A model generated the notes under the pieces. It did not search any database, was not told where the DNA came from, and was given only the letters and a program-made list of their open reading frames with translations. A DNA stretch of 41,599 bases from the NCBI GenBank assembly GCA_964489295.1, contig CAZAXT010000004.1, forward strand, positions 1-41,599, written 5' to 3'. This stretch comes from an uncultured Candidatus Saccharibacteria bacterium. GTDB taxonomy: Bacteria > Patescibacteriota > Saccharimonadia > QS-5-54-17. A program made the position numbers and the translations under genes. Positions 36,119 to 41,599 of this stretch are shown here, one piece after another; positions within the stretch are counted from its first letter, which is position 1, and each line of letters opens with the position of its first letter.

Positions 36119-36466
36119 ATGAGAGTTAAAAGCGGAACGACCAGACATCACCGACACACGGAAGTCAGAAAACGCACCAAGGGTATGCAGCACACCCACC
36201 GTTCAAGTCCGCGGCGAGCCCGCCAGGCGGTTACTCGTGCTGAAGCTTACCAGTACCGGGACCGACGGAATAAGAAACGTGACTACCGGCGTTTGTGGAT
36301 ATCGCGCATCAACGCCGCCGCCCGGCAACACGACACTTCCTACTCGAAACTCACCAAGCAACTCGATGACGCGGGCATCCAACTCGACCGCAAAATATTG
36401 AGCGAATTAGCGGTCAATCATCCTCACGTGTTCGAGAAAGTCGTCCAAACGGCAACGAAAAAATAA
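36119..36466 (+). CDS. rplT: 50S ribosomal protein L20
   Basis: MRVKSGTTRHHRH..YRDRRNKKRDYRRLWISRINAAAR. AGGAGG SD upstream. Confidence 0.95.
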   Translation: MRVKSGTTRHHRHTEVRKRTKGMQHTHRSSPRRARQAVTRAEAYQYRDRRNKKRDYRRLWISRINAAARQHDTSYSKLTKQLDDAGIQLDRKILSELAVNHPHVFEKVVQTATKK

Positions 36467-36744
36467 GGTTTTCGGAACGGACAACCCGTAATTCACGCGC
36501 GGACACTTCGCCCAATCGGTTAATGTGGTCGTTAGGTACATGGATGACAACATCTTGACATATGACAGGTTCACGGGGATGATCGGCGTTCTCGGCATCG
36601 TCAGTAATGAATCTTTACCGGACTAGAAACACCTTGGTTGACCGCAATGCTCGGTATACGTCAGCATGGTGCATCGCAGTTTTTTGCTTTCACTAAATAT
36701 ATATGGTATAGATTGCGTAATATTCTAACGAATAAGGAGACGAG

Positions 36745-37008
36745 ATGGGTGAGCAAATGCCAGAGCAAAGTTATGGAATTGAAGACGAACAGGGAATCAC
36801 GGTCGACGAATCCCAGCTGGCTATGCGAGGACGACGAGCTACCCCGATAGAAAAACCCTTGGTACGGGATAATACACGTCCGTACCCAGGAAACAATCGC
36901 ACGGGTGGCAGTCGTTCGCAGTCGCGAGGAAAATCGGCGGTTGAGGTGTCCCTCCCCGAAACTACTCCGAGGTTGATAGACAATGAAGACGAAGAGACCC
37001 CCTGCTAG
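36745..37008 (+). CDS. Hypothetical small disordered protein
   Basis: 87-aa ORF with a good SD (AAGGAG, 5-nt spacing), followed by a strong hairpin terminator. Confidence 0.45.
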   Translation: MGEQMPEQSYGIEDEQGITVDESQLAMRGRRATPIEKPLVRDNTRPYPGNNRTGGSRSQSRGKSAVEVSLPETTPRLIDNEDEETPC

Positions 37009-37063
37009 CGTTCCGATATACTCTCGTTAATATAACGCTGGCGTACACCCTCCTGATTAAATC

Positions 37064-37097
37064 AAAAAAGCACCCGGGAAACCGGGTGCTTAGTTTT
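37064..37097. terminator. Bidirectional Rho-independent terminator
   Basis: AAAAAAGCACCCGGgaaaCCGGGUGCUUaguuuu forms a 9-bp GC-rich stem flanked by an A run on one side and a T run on the other. It serves the '+' small ORF and the '-' rnpB. Confidence 0.7.
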
Positions 37098-37102
37098 GTA
37101 TT

Positions 37103-37711
37103 TTCCGCGCAAGAATACCTGTAAGCCGGATTCTGTCCTAGGCAGTGCTCCGCACTCAAAACTCTAAATCCGAAAATATAGATCCTAAACAATATCCAGA
37201 TCATAATTTTCCAAGTTCATAACTCGGAAATCTGGATTGGTTTCGTAATTCAGGATTCGAATTTAGAATTTCAAGGCGCGAAGCACTGCCAGTGATGGCT
37301 ATCTATCTGGGCTCGATGTTGCCACCGGGCTCGAGCGGTTCTTTACTACGACATCGGCCGGGCCAGCCATCGTGATGTCATATTCCTTGCAGCCGGCAGG
37401 GTTTACCGCCACGTACTGTCACCAGCACGGGATTCGCCTGAGGCGAAACTTTTCACCTTTCTCCCGCCGAAACGACGGGATAGTATAGTCTCTGTGGCAC
37501 TTTCCCTGGGATCACTCCCGGTTGCCGTTAGCAACTGCCGTGCCCTATGCTGTCCGGACTTTCCTCCTGCCAGTGCGCTGCGCTGGCAAGTTCAAAAGTT
37601 CTCAAAGTTACAAGTTCTAAAGCTTGAGCTGCTTTATGAACTTTATAAACATTCGACTTTCAACTCGCCGGTGCAACGCACCGACAGGTAGCCATCCGGC
37701 ACTCTTGCGCA
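37103..37711 (-). ncRNA. rnpB: RNase P RNA, bacterial type A, unusually long (~610 nt)
   Basis: Minus-strand motifs: GGAGGAAAGUCCGGACAGCAUAGGGCA (CR-I, centred on 37576..37566), GGUGAAAAG, GGUAAACCCUGCCGGCUGCAAGG, CCAGAUAGAUAGCCAUC and ACAGAAUCCGGCUUAC (37136..37121). P1 pairs UGCGCAAGAGU (37711..37701) with AUUCUUGCGCG (37116..37106). P2 pairs GAUGGCU (37696..37690) with AGCCAUC (37300..37294). Confidence 0.9.
37141..37290. repeat. AT-rich imperfect-palindromic element, copy 2 (inside rnpB, P19-like position)
   Basis: Closed by GGCAGTGCT / AGCACTGCC. The interior is collinear with the pheS-pheT spacer at 6924..7056. Confidence 0.5.
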
Positions 37712-37717
37712 TTCCTT

Positions 37718-37746
37718 ATAATACACTATGTGTTTGCTGTTTACAA
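37718..37746 (-). promoter_or_regulatory. Promoter of rnpB (TTGTAA, 17-nt spacer, TATTAT)
   Basis: The minus strand reads TTGTAAacagcaaacacatagtgTATTATaaggaaUGCGC. This places the transcription start at the first base of P1. Confidence 0.5.
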
Positions 37747-37850
37747 AGCCATGAAAGGTTATACTATATGTATACTGTAATCATGCGTTTTGTCGGATTC
37801 GGGCTTGAGCAAGCGGTTGTTAGAACAAATTATTATTAAAGCTGTTAAGA

Positions 37851-38492
37851 CTATGCGCCCTCTTGCCCGTCAAGGATCTTATTCACTTCCTCGTCGGCCA
37901 TCCGGTTGTGTTCACGGTTGACATGAGTGAATTCGACCGACCCGAATCCCCCGGATAAATCCTGTATGGTCTCGTACATTGGCCGCAACTCTTTGTTTTT
38001 GACTTTATACACTCCGTTGAGCTGGTTGACAACGAGTAAACTGTCGATGCAGAAACTCAGATGCTGCGGCTGGAATTTCCTGGCTGCTTCCAAACCGTGC
38101 GTCACGGCGTGATACTCAGCCTGGTTGTTGGTCATAATCCCGAGATATTCACCACCGCGCTCCAAAACCCGGCTTTCGTCATGGTTAAGAATCACGTAGC
38201 CACTGGCTGAGGGGCCCGGGTTGCCGCGGGACCCGCCGTCGGTGTAAATAATCAACGTTTTTTCCGTATCAGTTTGACTTCTATCGTCCGTATTTTGACT
38301 TCCTGTTTCCAGTGCACCCAGCGCATCGTGCCATACTCTGTGTTTGGAGCGGCTACTGGAGAGTAGTTCGGTCGACCCGTCCTGATGCAATGTGTATACG
38401 TCATTCCCTTTCCGGATAATGGCCATGCCTTGCCGTAATGCTTCCAATGCCACGGTTTGTCGTTTCGGTTGGGAGGATTTTCTGCTGCTCAT
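37851..38492 (-). CDS. rnhA: Ribonuclease H (type 1) with a ~95-aa N-terminal extension
   Basis: IIYTDGGSRGNPGPSASGYV, TNNQAEYHAV, DSLLVVNQL and REHNRMADEE supply the DEDD catalytic pattern. The start is set at MSSRKSS (ATG 38492) because a TATACT box at 38505..38500 lies 7 nt upstream. Confidence 0.85.
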   Translation of the reverse strand: MSSRKSSQPKRQTVALEALRQGMAIIRKGNDVYTLHQDGSTELLSSSRSKHRVWHDALGALETGSQNTDDRSQTDTEKTLIIYTDGGSRGNPGPSASGYVILNHDESRVLERGGEYLGIMTNNQAEYHAVTHGLEAARKFQPQHLSFCIDSLLVVNQLNGVYKVKNKELRPMYETIQDLSGGFGSVEFTHVNREHNRMADEEVNKILDGQEGA

Positions 38493-38612
38493 GGACTCAA
38501 GTATAGCAGACCACTGACGGCACGGAGTATGGAACACGAAGTATGAAATGAAGCACATAACACAAACGCCTCCTCCATACTGCATTCTGCCTGCTTCATA
38601 TTCCGGGTTTCG

Positions 38613-39446
38613 TCACACAGTGATAATGACATACCCCAGTGCCTGGGACATAAGGATGATGACGAGTGCTATCAGTACCATCCGAAACAGACCGGCATAG
38701 ATCGATTTATCGCTCAACGGATTCCTGCCGATAGAAATGATGGTATTGCTGACCGCGCCATATAGCAACACCATAGACCCCACCAATCCACCAGCCACGA
38801 CCACCAAGGCGATAATGACCCGGGCCGGTGATACCGGTTGGCCGGCCAGAGTGTTGGCCGTACTTTGGAGAAAACCGGGTAGCGGCGAATCCGTTTGCTT
38901 GGCATTAGGATTGCCGCCGATTTGAATGACCGCTGGTATCCGCACCACTGAGATCGTCCGGGATTCTTCTCCTGCTGTTTGAATCGTGCGCGCTTCCACG
39001 CTACCAAAGTCTTCGCGGGCTCTAGCGATCACGATGCTGTGATCATCGTCCGCTCGCATACCGATGCCGTTTACTTCCGAAGCGGTAATGTAATCTCCCT
39101 CCTGGATCGCGCCGTTCGTATCGGTCACCAGCATCTCCGTAACACCTTGGGTTGCGACCTGTACATCGCTTTCCTGCGAGGTAACCGCGAACAGTGAATC
39201 ACTGCCGTTGATCACGACTCCGAGAACATTACTCAAATTCCCCCGGTGCGTCGGCTCCACCGTTTTGTTCTGTTCGGATACGATACTGACTGCCATACCT
39301 GCTGACACTGACGCTTCTGATTGGTACCCGGAAGAAAACTCTTGAGCAAACACAGGTGCGACATGGACGCTCACGGCTACGGCTGCGATGCCGCATACAC
39401 CGAGAAACCATCCGGTTGTGTATCTGAGATTACATATCGATTTCAT
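38613..39446 (-). CDS. Secreted/membrane-anchored protein: signal peptide, ~190-aa ectodomain, C-terminal two-helix hairpin
   Basis: Signal peptide ..AVSVHVAPVFAQE. The C-terminus ARVIIALVVVAGGLVGSMVLLYGAVSNTIISIGRNPLSDKSIYAGLFRMVLIALVIILMSQALGYVIITV forms two TM helices joined by a GRNP loop. Confidence 0.6.
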   Translation of the reverse strand: MKSICNLRYTTGWFLGVCGIAAVAVSVHVAPVFAQEFSSGYQSEASVSAGMAVSIVSEQNKTVEPTHRGNLSNVLGVVINGSDSLFAVTSQESDVQVATQGVTEMLVTDTNGAIQEGDYITASEVNGIGMRADDDHSIVIARAREDFGSVEARTIQTAGEESRTISVVRIPAVIQIGGNPNAKQTDSPLPGFLQSTANTLAGQPVSPARVIIALVVVAGGLVGSMVLLYGAVSNTIISIGRNPLSDKSIYAGLFRMVLIALVIILMSQALGYVIITV

Positions 39447-39606
39447 GACGTCAACTACTACCGTAGTATTGTATACGAGTCCCGCTTACGTTTAAAGTTA
39501 GCTCATTGTGGCATAAATGGTTGACGTATACATAACGCTTGTGGTATTGTGTCGCTATATTCGCAAAATATAAGCAAATAAAAACCAAAACAAAGGGGTT
39601 TTCACT

Positions 39607-40692
39607 ATGAAAACACTATTACATAAAAACCCGTTCACCCGAAAACGGCTCATGGTTTTTTCCAGCATCGCAGCGTTGGTCGCAGGAACCGTTGCTCCGA
39701 TGTCAGTCCAAGCCGCCCAGCTGGAAAGCCGTGAATTAACATTGGAAGATTCGGCCGCCAGTGCTACAACCGGCCATAATTATTCCTTCACCATCCCGAC
39801 CGCAGATGACGTAGCGGAGATTAGATTCGAATACTGTAACAATAATCCATTCCCCGGCGAATCGTGTACTGCACCAAGCGGACTGGATGTTTCTTCAGTA
39901 ACATTGGACAATCAAAGCGGCGAAACAGGATTCAGTATAGATAGCACAAATACTACCACAAACGAAATAGTTATCGACCGCACTGCTGAAGCAGTTACTG
40001 CCGATACGGCTGTAGAGTATGACTTTGGCAGCGCGGACAACCCCGACAGTGCAAACGCAGAATTCTTCGTTCGAATGTATACATACTCGGACGACGGTTC
40101 AACACTCGTTGATGATGGCGGGCTCGCTTTCAGCACCGCTGAAACTGTTGACGTAACCGCCCGGGTCGAGGAAAACTTGGTCTTTTGTATATATGGTTCA
40201 GCTTCCGATAACTGCGACAATCCGGGAGATACAACCGTTGATCTTGGTGTATTGGAAATTAACAACGAAACAACAGCATCACATCGAGCTGAGGTCACAA
40301 CCAATGCATTAAATGGATTTACGGTTCAGTATGCCGGCACTACATTGACTCATTCAAACGGCAGCGATACGATTGAAGCGATTACGGGTACAGGCGAAGC
40401 ATCCAACCCTAGTGGCGGCGTTGAACAATTCGGCATGAACATCTCGATAGCCAATTCGCCGAGCACATCAGCTAGCTTGGATGCCGACTACTCCGGATCA
40501 AACTATGCTTTCGTGAACAATGCCAGCGTAACCGACGGAGGTGACAACACAGCCGACAATACCATAGCGAGCAGATCGGGTGCTGTTGATACAAACGAGT
40601 TCAACATTGAATATCTTGGCAATGTCAACACCACGACTGAAACGGGTGTTTACTCCACCACGGTAACCTACGTAGCCACCTCCACTTTCTAA
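39607..40692 (+). CDS. Secreted Thr/Ser/Asn-rich beta-rich protein (paralog 1)
   Basis: Sec signal peptide ending VQA-AQ and an SD AAAGGGG. It shares motifs with the next gene. Confidence 0.7.
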   Translation: MKTLLHKNPFTRKRLMVFSSIAALVAGTVAPMSVQAAQLESRELTLEDSAASATTGHNYSFTIPTADDVAEIRFEYCNNNPFPGESCTAPSGLDVSSVTLDNQSGETGFSIDSTNTTTNEIVIDRTAEAVTADTAVEYDFGSADNPDSANAEFFVRMYTYSDDGSTLVDDGGLAFSTAETVDVTARVEENLVFCIYGSASDNCDNPGDTTVDLGVLEINNETTASHRAEVTTNALNGFTVQYAGTTLTHSNGSDTIEAITGTGEASNPSGGVEQFGMNISIANSPSTSASLDADYSGSNYAFVNNASVTDGGDNTADNTIASRSGAVDTNEFNIEYLGNVNTTTETGVYSTTVTYVATSTF

Positions 40693-40715
40693 ACAGAATC
40701 TAATAGGAGTACCAC

Positions 40716-41599
40716 GTGAACATCCTACGGAAAACACACATGGCCAAAGTAGTGGTTGCGATAGTGGGATTCAGTTTGATATCGCAACCAGTCTGGGCAG
40801 CCGAGATTACCGACCGGAGTGTGACGCTGAGTAGTTCCGCCCCCAGCGCCACAGGAGTGAATTACAGCTTCAACTTCACGGTTCCCTCGAATACGGTTAT
40901 ACAATCTTTCTCAGCCGAAGTATGCACCACCGCCTATAATTCGTGCACGACCCCTTCGGGTTTCGACGCTAGTAGCGCAACCCTGCTTTCCCAGCCGAGC
41001 GGGTTCGGTGACTCCAGCGGGTGGTCGGCCGACTCCTCCGATCCAAGTCAAATACGGATGCAGCACGGTAGCAACTCTACTAGTCCGGGAGGGTCCCAAT
41101 CCGTAACGTTCGACGACATTACAAATCCGTCCAGCACTAACTTTGAATATTTTATCCGTATCACTACGTACTCCAACAATGACTATACGGGTGAAATAGA
41201 TACGGGCGTCGTAGCCGTAAGCACTGCGACCCAAATCGACCTTACCGGCGAAGTGCCACCCATTCTGACTTTCTGTGTCGGCACCAGCATATCCGGTGAT
41301 TGCTCTACTGCTACAGGCAATTCCCTGGATTTCGGTCAGTTTTCCCCCACCAACGCCAGCACCGCCACATCCCAGATGCGCGCCAATACCAACGGAGCCG
41401 GCGGATACGCCATAACCGTCCATGGAACCACGTTGACTTCGGGTACGAACTCCATCCCAGCTTTGGCGAGCCAAACCGCTTCTAACCCCGGCACGAGCCA
41501 ATTCGGGATGAATTTACGTGATAATGCGACGCCGGATGTCGGATCCGAGCCGAGCGGTGCCGGCATCGGGACATACAATTCCAATTACGGCACTCAGGA
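40716..41599 (+). CDS. Secreted Thr/Ser/Asn-rich beta-rich protein (paralog 2), open at the right edge
   Basis: Not in the track because it has no stop. GTG at 40716 follows AGGAG with 6-nt spacing. The signal peptide is NILRKTHMAKVVVAIVGFSLISQPVWA-AE. The frame is uninterrupted to the window end. Confidence 0.7.
   Translation, partial: MNILRKTHMAKVVVAIVGFSLISQPVWAAEITDRSVTLSSSAPSATGVNYSFNFTVPSNTVIQSFSAEVCTTAYNSCTTPSGFDASSATLLSQPSGFGDSSGWSADSSDPSQIRMQHGSNSTSPGGSQSVTFDDITNPSSTNFEYFIRITTYSNNDYTGEIDTGVVAVSTATQIDLTGEVPPILTFCVGTSISGDCSTATGNSLDFGQFSPTNASTATSQMRANTNGAGGYAITVHGTTLTSGTNSIPALASQTASNPGTSQFGMNLRDNATPDVGSEPSGAGIGTYNSNYGTQ

Noticed and set aside
37494-37839. '+' strand ORFs 37494..37691 and 37624..37839
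   Set aside because: They lie inside or antisense to the RNase P RNA gene and its promoter.
38613-39446. Interpretation of the C-terminal two-helix GRNP hairpin as a true ATP-synthase c subunit
   Set aside because: The second helix has no conserved carboxylate, no atp genes are nearby, and a large N-terminal ectodomain is present. The similarity is topological only.
1-41599. CRISPR arrays, transposases or IS elements, rRNA genes, and alternative genetic code (UGA recoding as in some CPR lineages)
   Set aside because: There are no regularly spaced direct repeats, no transposase or integrase-like ORFs and no rRNA-like sequence. TGA terminates well-supported genes such as infC and rpmI, and long ORFs close normally under code 11.

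Overview
This 41.6-kb window uses the standard genetic code: TGA, TAA and TAG all act as stops and ORFs are long. GC content is mid-range and the region is gene-dense. Most content is housekeeping:
- aminoacyl-tRNA synthetases pheS-pheT, trpS and argS
- translation and ribosome rescue: infC-rpmI-rplT, smpB, tmRNA, RNase P RNA, tRNA-Pro
- rmuC, pcm, an RNase H, a bactofilin with a DUF4446 protein, and a lipid kinase

There is also an envelope, secretion and accessory set:
- a VirD4/TraG-like coupling ATPase, open at the left edge
- a stand-alone PilB/GspE ATPase
- a membrane-anchored Clp/Hsp100-like ATPase
- a class-A beta-lactamase-fold hydrolase, a GH37 trehalase, a GalT-like HIT transferase and a COG3044 ABC-class ATPase
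- a right-edge cluster of paralogous secreted proteins, with the last gene open at the edge

The gene set, the small intergenic spaces and the many apparently leaderless genes suggest a reduced-genome Patescibacteria/CPR bacterium, possibly Saccharibacteria-like. That assignment is inference only.

The supplied track omits both edge-open ORFs. It has no RNA genes. I found by eye a tmRNA, a ~610-nt RNase P RNA and tRNA-Pro(CGG). I also found two unclassified ncRNA candidates, each with its own promoter and terminator.

The most unusual observations:
1. An NlpC/P60-like papain-fold domain is inserted in the B5 domain of PheT.
2. The RNase P RNA is oversized, with two AT-rich expansions. One expansion is homologous to the pheS-pheT spacer.
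3. A ~430-nt structured orphan RNA lies downstream of trpS.
4. The right edge holds a cluster of paralogous secreted, pilin-like beta-rich proteins beside a membrane-anchored protein.
5. There is clear gene decay: comM has two frameshifts, a lost Walker-A lysine and a nonsense codon, and a GIY-YIG remnant sits next to ssrA.

I saw no CRISPR array, transposase, integrase or recognisable defence system.
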